From contig SMSO01000036.1 in assembly GCA_004764695.1 (NCBI GenBank), forward strand, positions 1,240,001 to 1,304,000: a stretch of 64,000 nucleotides of DNA. The letters are read 5' to 3'. Under the pieces are notes generated by a model. It was not told where the DNA came from, searched no databases, and was given only the letters and a program-made list of their open reading frames with translations. The stretch's first letter is position 1. Every line of letters begins with the position of its first letter. The position numbers were made by a program, and so were the translations under genes. The DNA is from Schizochytrium sp. TIO01. Lineage: Eukaryota; Protista; Bigyra: Labyrinthulomycetes. Below are positions 22,901-33,656 of this stretch, piece after piece.

Positions 22901-25010
22901 GTCATCATCTGGTAGTGTTTCATCACGCTCGGCAAGTGATGATGAAGATTCTCAGGGACAAGCAACTGGAACAGGTGGAAGTGCTTCGTTGTCAGCCAAT
23001 GATAAGACAAAGTCTAAGAAGAACAAGAAGGATACTAAACCATCAAGAAAACCCAAAGAAGAGCCCAACTATGTCACTCTTGAGGAGTGCGAAACGCGGA
23101 TTCAAATGCTTCTAGATGAGCAGCGGGACCGTGTGCTTGACGACCGAGTTGTGGAAGAAATTATGGCAGCGCTTAGGGGAGACAATTCTCAAAGTGAAAA
23201 GAAAAATGTTGGAGTCATTGCTTGGCGGGATTTCAAGGTTTACTTGCAAGCCTTTGGAACGCGGCTGACTCTTATCCTCTTGGGAATTATTCTCATTGCT
23301 ACAGCTGTCTCTAACGTTGTTATGAACGTTTGGCTCTCAGTATGGGGTGACACTCCGCATGCCAGTATAAATTACCTGTACGTGTACGTCGCATTAGGCT
23401 TTGCAGCAGCATTTCTAGCAGGTCTGGAGGTCATAACGCTTGCTCTCTGTGCGTTCTCAGCTAGTCAAGTAATCCATGAGTATATGATTCATGTGCTGAT
23501 CGGCGCAAGCATGGGTTATTTCAACCGGACTCCCTCAGGCCACCTTCAAAACCGCTTCTTACAAGACCTCTCGAATATCGATATTGGAGTGCCAGATTGT
23601 ATTGTAGATCAGCTTAAGAAAACATTGAGTATGGTGACTCAAATTGGACTAGTGCTCCTGTTTGCCCCGTGGGTGATTGCAACTCTGCCTCTGATCATGA
23701 TTCCCTATATGCTGGTTTTTGGCACTGTAAGATGCGCAGCACGCGATAGTCGTCGACTTGAAGCAATGGCTCATACTCCTGTATATAATCAGTTCTCTGA
23801 TGTACTTCGTGGAAAACTATCCATTCGTGCCTATGCAGTAGAACCCCTTTTTGAGTCTTGGAACTTTGACTTAGTACGTGATATGTCTCAAGGTAGGTAC
23901 TCCAATGAAGCAGTAGGAAAGTGGGCGCAAACTTTGACAACCCAGAATGGATGCTTGCTCTATCTTGTCTGTGGCTTCATGTGCGTCGTACTTGTTTCAC
24001 GGGGAGATATGACTTTGGGACAACTTGGACTTGTTCTCCTTTACTCTGCTCAGCTGCAACGTGCATCTATGGATTATATGATGGGTCTCACTACTGTCGA
24101 GACAAACTTCGTATCTGTGGAGCGCATTGCAGACTTTTTACGTACTCCAGATGAATTTGAGCAGGACAACAAAAGGATTGAGAAACTCAAGCTTGCTCGC
24201 CGGTCCTGGTCGATGGATAGTCTCCATGAGCCAGAGGTCATCACCCCAGAATGGCCGGAGCGTGGTGCTATTGAAGTAAAAGATGTACACATGCGTTATG
24301 ATTTACATCGCCACCGAGTTCTCAATGGTTTGTCCTTCTCCGTAGGGGCGGGAGAAAAGGTTGCCCTTTCCGGTCGTACCGGGTGTGGCAAGTCATCGAC
24401 ATTCGGAATTTTGTGCCGGCTGTATCCTATGTCCAGCGGAGAGGTAAAAATTGATGGAATTGATATCTCAGAAGTCCCACTGAAACGTCTTCGTAGCGCT
24501 ATTCGCGTAATTACGCAGGACTCTGTACTAGTAGCTGGTACTCTCCGCAGTAACCTTATGAGCGGTGGTCCAGGGGCATCTGAGTCTGACCTTTGGGACG
24601 CCTTGGCCAAGGTTAATCTGAAAACTATGGTTGAAAATCAACCTGGAGGCTTAGACTGTGTTGTGGAAGACGGAGGTCGCAACTTTAGTGTTGGCCAACG
24701 CCAGCTTTTATGCACCGCTCGAGCCCTCCTACCGCGCTATGGATGTGCCCCTCGTGTACTTTTATGCGACGAGCCAACAGCAAATATTGATCTTAATTCT
24801 GACCGCAAAATCCATGATGTCATACTTTCCTTGGATGCAACTGTGATCATGATCTGTCACCGTCTTCAGCACGTACCTCGCTTTGACAAGGTTGTTGTTT
24901 TGGCTCCGGGTGGGCGTCTTCTTGAGCAAGGAGCTCCTCGAGATTTGTTGGCAGACCCAACTAGCGCTATGAGTGATTTGTTTGTTCGTGCCGGTCTCCG
25001 CGCAGAATAA
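19926..25010 (+). CDS. ABC transporter, subfamily C (MRP-like), full-length with an extra N-terminal membrane domain
   Basis: 1694 aa. NBD1 has GAVGSGKS / LSGGQKAR / YFLDD and NBD2 has GRTGCGKS / FSVGQRQ / LLCDEPT. ABCC hallmarks ASIFSRYTFWW (lasso/L0), YFNRTPSG..NRF..D, SVERI and WPERGAIE are present. Confidence 0.95.
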   Translation: MDSTPLLEGARSPLDRFRDFESQLPTHELSPQIQHRRTQAHAIAVCKQRTTILLGEVARLLLIVVLWSIGWWGLSIGTLAKRWQKQDTNEWSGLLVPALWCALVPVFWAVWSASAAIPQPAAHRNDGGRVYIWCANRAQTMAAMTCAFLGAGCAVLADWAPLQTYEEDATDVQSFLFSLGGLCLTVFVSYYGFRLKGCVLALAVIYLNVWQTVASLALRDSPRGDQEWISHHPKLYMALAFGQLGLLCLEVATEALLVCINCQTQIVQLAFATADAIWIFVRVVLLFWQGDHFLELWTMPVMAAISLFFLVGDLFLRVNCIQNASQRPSDGQNHKYVRLAEQDQASIFSRYTFWWVLPTLRSANRFGRLDIADLPQLPQQDMPMYLFRRFGEEWQGEPLNGWKLLVKICYSVQRTVFFSSMLHGWAYQLLMLLDPIILNKLLKNSDKSNSTNDSDLSNSFILVGLLSVSMFIRVTFMEVCFFASTRVNNNARTVLVTSVFRKVLRGEESPDYDSGSLTNLMATDADKIGKTSWMLFFFAQWSWAILSLPVVIYFVYQVVGSAIWMGVATMLLGGVVTRKMSNFVRPAVLASQEKRDIRSQLIKEILSSITAIKLQAGEEEWIERVKLARAEEMKEIFKIRVLSAVNSAIGTVVFVAVPVSIFAWYVAVEGRELDSTTAFTTLAWIAQMRWSINVLPDIYNMYASLAPSCDRLAKFFNDETLGSVQSWLSLDDTESEENFNSSVTSLPPDTAVAIQGVLGYRQAGGKEVTTVLKDINLSVPRGKFMIIVGAVGSGKSTLLAAMSKGLPMLKGSCQTRGSRAYVSQIPFLLNDSVENNIIFGKPLDELRFQQCVHDAALEQDLESFQKGRYTVIGDKGVQLSGGQKARLALARALYMDRDIYFLDDVLSAVDATTGQFLWKNTLINGLVRRGKTVVLVTHQLQYLSRSEVDLVAAVADGNIIVGTWEEVKSQVNEDISSFVETRERTSSTPSSPSSSGSVSSRSASDDEDSQGQATGTGGSASLSANDKTKSKKNKKDTKPSRKPKEEPNYVTLEECETRIQMLLDEQRDRVLDDRVVEEIMAALRGDNSQSEKKNVGVIAWRDFKVYLQAFGTRLTLILLGIILIATAVSNVVMNVWLSVWGDTPHASINYLYVYVALGFAAAFLAGLEVITLALCAFSASQVIHEYMIHVLIGASMGYFNRTPSGHLQNRFLQDLSNIDIGVPDCIVDQLKKTLSMVTQIGLVLLFAPWVIATLPLIMIPYMLVFGTVRCAARDSRRLEAMAHTPVYNQFSDVLRGKLSIRAYAVEPLFESWNFDLVRDMSQGRYSNEAVGKWAQTLTTQNGCLLYLVCGFMCVVLVSRGDMTLGQLGLVLLYSAQLQRASMDYMMGLTTVETNFVSVERIADFLRTPDEFEQDNKRIEKLKLARRSWSMDSLHEPEVITPEWPERGAIEVKDVHMRYDLHRHRVLNGLSFSVGAGEKVALSGRTGCGKSSTFGILCRLYPMSSGEVKIDGIDISEVPLKRLRSAIRVITQDSVLVAGTLRSNLMSGGPGASESDLWDALAKVNLKTMVENQPGGLDCVVEDGGRNFSVGQRQLLCTARALLPRYGCAPRVLLCDEPTANIDLNSDRKIHDVILSLDATVIMICHRLQHVPRFDKVVVLAPGGRLLEQGAPRDLLADPTSAMSDLFVRAGLRAE

Positions 25011-25749
25011 TTTCTTAGAAGAGTGATGTCGCAATGTCTTACGTTTGCGTGGCGCTGCGCCTTAGGTATTCTGGTATTGGTCTTTCTGATATGTCATTGT
25101 AGATGATGGCTTTTTGTTGGTCTTTAAAAATTTGAAGCGGAACAATAATAATATAATTAGTTTGTTGTGATGTATCATCATGTTTCTAGGTCTATTCGAT
25201 TGACTATTATCTCAACAGATCTTAGGCTTTCTCTTCTTCTATGAATAAAAGGGGAACTCGATCGAATTTTGAGTACGAGGATATTGACAAACTAATTCAT
25301 GTAGGCAACCCATCCTTTTGTTCACGTCAAAGGAGATATTACTTAGACCTACTTTCCTTTAGGGGCTCTTGCATAGGTATGTTAAGTGATGTCACTTTGT
25401 ATAGCAGTTTTGCATCTTGCTGTCAACCTCCGACCTGAAAAATTACTTACAATTTTCGAATAGGAAGCAAATAAACAGATAAAATGGAATAATTTTTTAG
25501 GAAATTGACCTGCAATAGATACTTTTGAAATTGCAGAAAGAGAGCTACAGAGTATAAGGCATGTTTAATGCTTAGGGAAATACAGATATTAACACGAATT
25601 TAATAATAATCAGTAATAGCTATTCAGCCGGCTCCTGTTTAGCTATGATATGAACCCTGTGCTGAAGACGGTTAGACGTGTTTTGTTTAAACATGTTCAA
25701 TTGATGAGAAGGTAGCAGCAAAGATTGATTGGGATTTGGTGCGCCCAAA

Positions 25750-26382
25750 TCAAGCAATCCAGCTGCGAATACCTTCATTGCCATAAATATTTTTGAATGG
25801 TGTGATACGCTTAGCATATGTATCGTATCGTTCAATCAAACCACGAGACCAGGATGGCATGATGTTAAAATCTACAAATTTCAAGCCCCCTTTCTGATCC
25901 AGAAACACGTTTGAATTAACCTGGACATCAAGCATAATCTGGTCATTACTCTCAAGCCACAAGTCGAGTTGCTGCAAACGATAATAGTTTGCTTTTCGTT
26001 GTGGCTCAACATCCTTTGCGTTAAGAGCGCGCTCCATTTCAATGGTCTTACCGTCATATGAAATTACATCAGCAATGAAGGGCAGCTGCGAGTAGGACTT
26101 TTGCCAATGCTTATTGGTATACTGCTGCTTCCAGAGTCTCCATTTACATTGAAATACCTCTTGCATTGATGCACAAGACCGAGGGACTTTGATGACTCTA
26201 TCATCTAGAATGCAAACCAGCTGCGCGGTCTGTCCCATAAGGTTGTTTTCAGCACATTCCGGGATGTTTCGTTCTTGTTGTCCCAAGAGTTTAACAGCAA
26301 GAACCTCGTCAAACACCAGCAAGGCAGCAGCCATAATCGTGCATGAAAGTAGAGCCAATGCTTGAAGACGCCGGAGCATCAT
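25750..26382 (-). CDS. Signal-peptide/signal-anchored protein with a minimal protein-kinase-like fold (orphan)
   Basis: 210 aa. Hydrophobic N-terminus LQALALLSCTIMAAALLVF, then kinase-like elements in the correct order: GQT..V, RVIK (beta3 Lys), IEMER (hinge), DVQVNSNVF (catalytic D...N), KFVDFN (DFG-like). Confidence 0.6.
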   Translation of the reverse strand: MMLRRLQALALLSCTIMAAALLVFDEVLAVKLLGQQERNIPECAENNLMGQTAQLVCILDDRVIKVPRSCASMQEVFQCKWRLWKQQYTNKHWQKSYSQLPFIADVISYDGKTIEMERALNAKDVEPQRKANYYRLQQLDLWLESNDQIMLDVQVNSNVFLDQKGGLKFVDFNIMPSWSRGLIERYDTYAKRITPFKNIYGNEGIRSWIA

Positions 26383-27055
26383 TCTGTGTAGGTTTCCCTA
26401 GGTCGTATTTTGGGCTCTTTGAGAGAATGGTATTCTAAAAAAGGTTCAATGGTGTCTTTTCTTAGAGCTGTCTACAGCTTTAAGCTTGAAATTCTATTTC
26501 AATCACTTATTTGAAATAGTTTGGTCAAGGCATACGTTACTGTTGACCCTCTTAAAATGCAATTATATTCTTGTCCAGCAACTTGTTTAGAAGTTTGCTG
26601 TAGGAGAAAGCGTGATCACCTCGAGGATTTATCCTTCTCCAAAGACTTTATGCTTATCATGCACTCAATATAATTTGCTCTGCAAAAAGCTTTAGAACCT
26701 AACAGGCAAGCTCCTTGGAAAGCAAACACCACACAAGGCGATCAACGCAGAGTTAAGGGTTTGCTAACCAAGATCGTTTACTCTGACGCACTTCCCGCAT
26801 TACCAATAAACCGAGTTTTACAGGTGGAGGTCAGCAATTAAATCATTTTGGAAACTGAGTCCTTTTCAATTTCGGCAGGTCGGTCATCGGTCGTCATACG
26901 AGCCACTGGCACTGGCACTGTTTAAGGAATCCCTATAGCTAAAATTACGGACCTCATGGTACCTACACTATATTATTTATTCTTTTTATTTCTCTTCAGG
27001 TTGGGACGCTGTTTCCACAGAAGTGAAATGAGAAAACCTTTACTTAGGTCCTAAC

Positions 27056-27086
27056 TAGGTAGGTAGGAAGGTAGGTAGGTAGGTAG
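27056..27086. repeat. (TAGG)n tract, left
   Basis: taggtaggtaggaaggtaggtaggtaggtag read directly. Confidence 0.9.
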
Positions 27087-27645
27087 ATACACTGCTGCTG
27101 AAGATGTGGTAGTGCAAGAACAACGAACGTGCTGAGGGAGGGGGCGCTCAAAATGATGGTGAGCGTGGTTGCCGGTCTATAATGTTTCTATGAATGTGTG
27201 GAAGAGGCCAAAGCCCCCAGTTCCTCGCTTTTTCGAGAGCTCAGCCAGCATCAGCTTCGTGAAGTATCGATATGCAACTTGATCATGGCCTCTTTGTTTG
27301 ACTTCTTATTAGTTCATTCACAATGTAAAAGTGCGGAAAATTTGCGGGCTCAAGTTTCTTTTTCGGTCCTGTGGACCTCTTGAGATTAACGCATTTACTT
27401 TGTATATATATTTCATATTTTCTTTACGACTCCTTCCTCTTCAGCCTCTGATCTTCATTCTAATTTTCAGTGTCGTGGCATGATTCTCAAGTCTAAAGAT
27501 TGTAATGGAGATTGACGGAAACGAGAACAAAAGAACTCCGCGGCTAGACTTTCGTAACCTGTACTCGGAAGAATCATTATAATTGAGCGTGAAGCTGGCC
27601 GATAGTTTCGACACAATTTGCTTGCTAAGGACGTCTATGCAGAAA

Positions 27646-27680
27646 GAAGCCAAGCAAAGCCAAGCCAAGCCAAACCAAGC
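27646..27680. repeat. Imperfect (AAGCC)n pentanucleotide repeat
   Basis: aagccaagcaaagccaagccaagccaaaccaagc read directly. Confidence 0.75.
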
Positions 27681-28955
27681 GAGAAATCCATCAATCACTA
27701 GATTGCAATGAGTTCATCGCAAGGTTATAATCTTCAACACTACCATGGTTTACCTGCCTCGGCAATGATATGAAGAGTTTACTAAAAAACAACTAAAATG
27801 AATAAGCGCTGAAGTCCTCACCTCGTTCAGCCTTCTTTCATTGCTTTCCAGTGTTCTTCGCTTCCTTACGTTTTTCTGCTCAGCTCGGACTTGCCTTCTA
27901 CCGCCCTGATACCCTCATTTCGCCGGCGTGACGATCTCGATTCCTGAGATCTCGCACGAAGCTCTCCAGATACCATCGCCATTGCATCCATGGCTTCGCA
28001 GAGCACCTTTCCGAGCGCATGTATTGTGTAGCTCTCTTTGATGTTTACGGTCTTTTTCCTTGGAGAAAAACGACAGAAAAAGGAAAAAATAGAAAGCAAG
28101 TAAGAAAGAAAGAAAGCAAGAAAGAATGGAAATGAAACTACAAAATAAAAACTAAAATAGAAACAAAACGACAATGGAGTAATAGAACAGCACCGAAACC
28201 TAAATTAAAAACCGGTAAGGTAGTACATAAGTACATACCCAAAAAACTAGCTAGCTACATAGTGACACCATACAAATAAATAGTTTATTTTGAAGAATAG
28301 GCCAAGGTATCCACCACATATATTATATATACTTTGTCTTTTCTTTCTGATTTTGTCCTTTTAATTTTTAATTTTTAAAAAAGTTTTAATTAACTTGTTT
28401 TTAAATAGTGAAAAAAGAAATAAACTTCTGAGGGTTCCTCGTTCCTTTGCCCAAAGAGGTCCTTGATTCCAGCAGCCAAAACCTGAGCTTCCATCGTCTC
28501 GGAGAGCGAAGCCACCGGAATGTGTGGAGGTCCAGATGTCAATCGATCGCTCGAGCCAGCGCCGACCACGGTCGCGAGCACGGCACCGCGGAGGCGCGAA
28601 GCTCGTGGCTGCCAGGCTTAACTCAGTCTAGCAATCTGCAGCTGAAAACCCTGACCACACCCTATAAAATGGTGCCTGATCTCGCTCGAGATCCGAATAA
28701 TTAGGCTTCGAGGGCTTCAAGAGCATCCTCGATTGGAGGACAGCGGCGATACTTGAATCAAAGACGGAATCGTCGAGGTTTAGAGCAGTACGCCGCAACA
28801 TGGGGACTTGTGCATTGTCGGCGGGAGAGCATGACGTACGTCACAGAAATATGAATTGTCACACGGTCCCGAAGACCTCTGTACTGCAGCAAGGGCTTTT
28901 TAGGTATCAGAATTAAGCGCATACACCCAATTGCGATGGCAATGCAGGGTGATCC

Positions 28956-30099
28956 TGGAAAGACGACAGTCATGAGTCTTAGATGTAAGCATTCGAAGCA
29001 CCCATCGTCCAAGCTGGACTTTGGAGATTGCTCAAACGGGGAACTGCTTGGAAATGCGGCTACATCCGAGCATGGGATTAAATGTCCATATGCATGTGCA
29101 CAGACAGCTAGCTAGTGCACAAATCGAAAACTTTAGATTTGATGAACAAGAGCTTTCGCGATAGAATCCAGAAGCTGGGAACCATGTTATTTTTTTTCAT
29201 AATATATGAATGGATTTCTTTCCAAATCGCATCTCAATATGGAAAGACGACAATCGTAGCTCTTAAATGTAAGCTGTCGAATCACCCATCGTCCAAGCTG
29301 GACTTTGGAGATAGTTCAAACAGGGAACTGCTTGAAAATGCGGCTACATCCGAGCATGGAATTAAATGTCCATATGTGTATGTATGTCAAGAGCGCACAC
29401 CTAAAAATTTATATGAACAAGAGCTTTTGCGAAAAATCCAGAAGTTGGGAACCATTCCTATTTTATCTAATATAAGATTACTTGAACCAATCGGAATAGA
29501 TTGCCATTTTAAATCGCATCTCAATATGGACAGACGACAATCGTAGGTCTTAAATGTAAGCTGTCGAAGCACCCATCGTCCAAGCTGGACTTTGGAGATA
29601 GCTCAAACGTGGAACTGCTTGAAAATGCGGCTACATCCGAGCATGGGATTAAATGTCCATATGCATGTGCACAGACAGCTAGCTAGTGCACAAATCGAAA
29701 AATTTAGATTTGATGAACAAGAGCTTTCGCGATAGAATCCAGAAGCTGGGAACCATGTTATTTTTTTCATAATATATGAATGGATTTCTTTCCAAATCGC
29801 ATCTCAATATGGAAAGACGACAATCGTAGCTCTTAAATGTAAGCTGTCGAATCACCCATCGTCCAAGCTGGACTTTGGAGATAGTTCAAACAGGGAACTG
29901 CTTGAAAATGCGGCTACATCCGAGCATGGAATTAAATGTCCATATGTGTATGTATGTCAAGAGCGCACACCTAAAAATTTATATGAACAAGAGCTTTTGC
30001 GAAAAATCCAGAAGTTGGGAACCATTCCTATTTTATCTAATATAAGATTACTTGAACCAATCGGAATAGATTGCCATTTTAAATCGCATCTCAATGTGG
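28956..30099. repeat. Tandem satellite of four ~285-bp units arranged A-B-A-B (~570-bp higher-order dimer)
   Basis: The anchor CCCATCGTCCAAGCTGGACTTTGGAGA recurs at 29001, 29285, 29572 and 29855 (spacings 284/287/283). Units 1 and 3, and units 2 and 4, are near-identical, while A and B differ in their second halves. Confidence 0.95.
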
Positions 30100-30838
30100 G
30101 CCGGTGCAATATTATTTCAGCCTTTCGCTGCTCTGTAATGCGATAACATGTAACTAACCTTTACTACAAGAGTTTCTCGGGCAATTGTGACCATAATCGC
30201 TGGCGCACACCTGATGCACAAGTTGCGCACTCGTAGGACAAAGGCCGGCATCTGCGAATGCTTGAACAGGTTTGCAGAGGCCTTCGTTGTTTGCGCCCGG
30301 AGCGCTGATGGGTTCGCACGAAGCAGCAGGTAACAAGAGGTGGCAAGGGCACTGCGAGTTGCGAGCACTGCGAGGCTTGGTGCGAGCTTCAAAAAGTCCA
30401 GTGATCGTTGTGCTTGGTTCGGCAGCAGAAAGGAAGAAACAGGCGTCGAATTATTGACCTTTGCTGGATGCTGGCAAAGAAACCACCCTAAACATTGAAG
30501 TAAACACGGAAACAACTTCAACGCAATGAAAGAAACTGGGAACCGAAGCAAGGCAGCTTCTTCGCCCCATTGAAAAGATTAAGGAGACTGAAGACCTGGC
30601 TAGCCCAGCACCCTGCTTCAGGTGCTGATGCTTGTTGAGGTCTTCCCCACGATCCATCCAGGCACGATCCAGAGCATTTTGATTAAAACGTGATTGCCTG
30701 TGTGCTAGACGTGATAAAGACAATGTAACGACGGAATGGAGCAGACTTTGGGCGTCATTCGCACATAGAAGATGACTCAACAAAAAGAAAACGACGACAA
30801 GAATATAGGGCGGCCAGAGGATTGCTTGTCACCTTACC

Positions 30839-30864
30839 TAGGTAGGTTGGTAGGTAGGTAGGTA
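30839..30864. repeat. (TAGG)n tract, right
   Basis: taggtaggttggtaggtaggtaggta read directly. Confidence 0.9.
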
Positions 30865-33656
30865 CAAGCATCTCCAAGTAATCATACTATTCGTACTACC
30901 ACTTTCAATAGTCAGTGGTACTGAGTTAAAATCTTTTAACTTGGGTAAAACACTCAAGTGCCAAAACAATCACTCAATATGTCATACTATCACGTTCGAT
31001 ACACATTGAATCTCTATGATTCTCAAGTTTCTGCACAAGTCTTGAAGGATAAATTCAAAGTTTTCATTGAATCTATAGAATCAGCAAGATGGTCCTTGCA
31101 ACAAACTTCCCTCTTCGGTCCCTACTTGAGGTTTTCTCAATAAGAAATATTTTATCAACACACGAGACTGGGTATATCTGCCATGCTGACATGAGCTCAA
31201 AATGACAACTCGCGAGACATAGGAGAGAACTAGCGGAGTCTCCGCACAAAATTATTGTGTTGTCGAGTTTTCTGATATGCCTTCAACAAGATATAATAAA
31301 GCTTTAAATGTGGAACGTGAGATGACATTTAGCTTTAAATCTAAAACTCTTAATGCATTTTTTTGTTTTAGCAAGAACACAGTGATCACTTTCCTCTACT
31401 TCCACTGTAAATAATTAAGTCTACGATCACCGGGGCTCCTCACAAGGCAGTCCATAGTGCTTTGTAGTTACACGTTAACTATAAGTCTAGTTATAAATAG
31501 AAAAGCGCTTAGAAATTAATACCAGACTATTCTCAAGAATCTGCGACCTTGGCAAAGCTACCTAGGTTTCTGCGCCTGGAAAATCGAAATAACGCGATAT
31601 TGAACATGTGAATCAATGAAATTTGGATAGAGAAATATTTCCTGGTTTTCAGATATTGGCTTGTAGTTTTACTTACTTCATAAATGAATAGTCAATTATG
31701 GAAAGTAAGAAATTTTGGAAATTTTTGGGACGAAGTAGGAGACATGGTCTCAAGTTTAAAGTTACTCAATTGAAACTAGTGCAAACATCTACATCTTGCA
31801 TACTCGCCCCATCCAAGAAGATCTTCTGAAGTTCTTGCTTTAGAACGTGAAGCATTTTGATAAAAGGACGCCCCCCCCTTCCTCAAATACAGATTTCTCT
31901 ATAAATGGTCAGGTGATTCACAGCAGCTTTTAAACATCGTTCGATATGAACACGATGTAGTCCCAGCCTCATTTTGAGCTTTATCTGCAATTCGAGTAGC
32001 TGGAGCATCACCAGTATAGATCCTCGCAATAAAGAGTTCAGAAGATGACAGATCATTTTAGCAAACATTACATGACATCGACCTGAGGCACGTAAGGATC
32101 GTTCTTGTAAAACATTTAGACTCGATAGATTAGCTGTGAGTGAAATTTATAGAAGCTAAGCTGGGAGGTCTATGTGTAAAGGCTTATCTCGTGGATTTGC
32201 CGATTGAACATCAACCGCAATGTCTAAAAAATCCACAGTTTCAGAAGTGCTACTATTTTGCTTGTGAACCCTACATCAAACCCTTTGCTATGTGAAGTAA
32301 AGCAAGATAGGACAACATGACTTTGTCAGAATATCGAATTTGTACGAGTAAACTAGCCAGGGATTTAAGGTCAAAATATTAAGTTGAACTTCTTGCAGAA
32401 ATTTCACATTTGACTCTTGGTTGGAACGCTGTTCTAGAACGTTTCATCTAGCCTCCATACTAACTCAAGTCGAAATTTTTGCTCAGTTCAAGTTGGAAGA
32501 GAGACTTTCGTCAGTCAGCATGGCAGTTCAGCCTGGGTGCTGCGGTAGGCTTAGTAAGAAAATGAGGTATAACTAGTCAGAGGTTATTTTAGGCGATTCT
32601 TCAACTTCCATAAGAACTCAATACAAAGCACAGTAGTACTCATTGTGTCATTACATCCTGTCAGGAGCGTAGATGGTAGGTAGGCAGTATTCATTGTACG
32701 TTTTTATACATCACACCTTCCCTTTCTGACGCAGTTCTGAATGTATAAAGTTGCCTCTAAAGATGATTGGGGAGTCTCTAAAATCCTCAAAGAAGTCGTG
32801 TGACACGTACAAGCTCTGGATAGACTGAGCAAATTGAAGATCAAAATTTTAAGTGGAAGCGGCATCAGCGTTGCCAAAACAAATAGTACACAAGCGTCAT
32901 CCCCAAGATAACTGAATGAAAAATAACGAGGTTGGGCGAGCCTTCGTACCGGACTTCGCGCCCAGGCATCGCGTCATGACTGATGGGAGGCTAGGGTTCC
33001 TTGGGAACCATTCTCACTGTGACAAGACAAAGGCTGTGCCTTTCTTTTCAATTTCAAAGGTATGGTTCTCTCTCTCGCAATAGTGTGATACGTCACAATT
33101 CAACATTTTAAACTAGAATGCTCTTTAAAAACAGAAAAGTTTGCTAGATTACGGAGCTTACCCATTCGTAGTACCACCAGGTAAGAAATCAAGTAATAAC
33201 TAACCGGGCCTATATTTACACTAAAAGGATTACGCCTACTCAAGGTATGTGAAGGATCTGAAGCTTATCTTAGCGATCGTAAATGAAATGCTTAGTACAC
33301 ATTTCAAAAGCCAAGAATGCCTGCCTTCCACGTTCTCTCTCCATTTTTTTTTTTTTCAACTTATCTTAGTTTATACTGGTTCTCCAACTACTGGACAGAG
33401 AACTGGAGCTTCTACGTTTTGATTCTATTCTTACTACAGACATAAGCAATTATATGTTTACTCCAAAAGTTTCTTGTTCTGGAATTTACTACCAAAGTTT
33501 GAGTCCGGCTAGTTTATAAAGCATATGCTCTTTCTTGTTTAAAGATTTCCACTATAAATTTTGAAGCACAACTTAGCATTAAAGAACAATGCTTATGCTG
33601 ATTGAATTCACATGTGTAAATCATCTTGTACAAACTTGTAAAAGATTTATATATCT

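Noticed and set aside
29115-29546. 143-aa ORF inside the satellite as a real gene
   Set aside because: It has a non-ATG start and depends on a T-run length that differs in the second dimer copy, where the frame is broken.
28956-30099. CRISPR-like array
   Set aside because: Units are ~285 bp, the variable parts repeat (A-B-A-B) rather than being unique spacers, there are no cas genes, and the context is eukaryotic.
27056-30864. (TAGG)n tracts as telomeric repeats
   Set aside because: They are short, interstitial, imperfect 4-mers rather than TTAGG/TTAGGG arrays, with genes on both sides.
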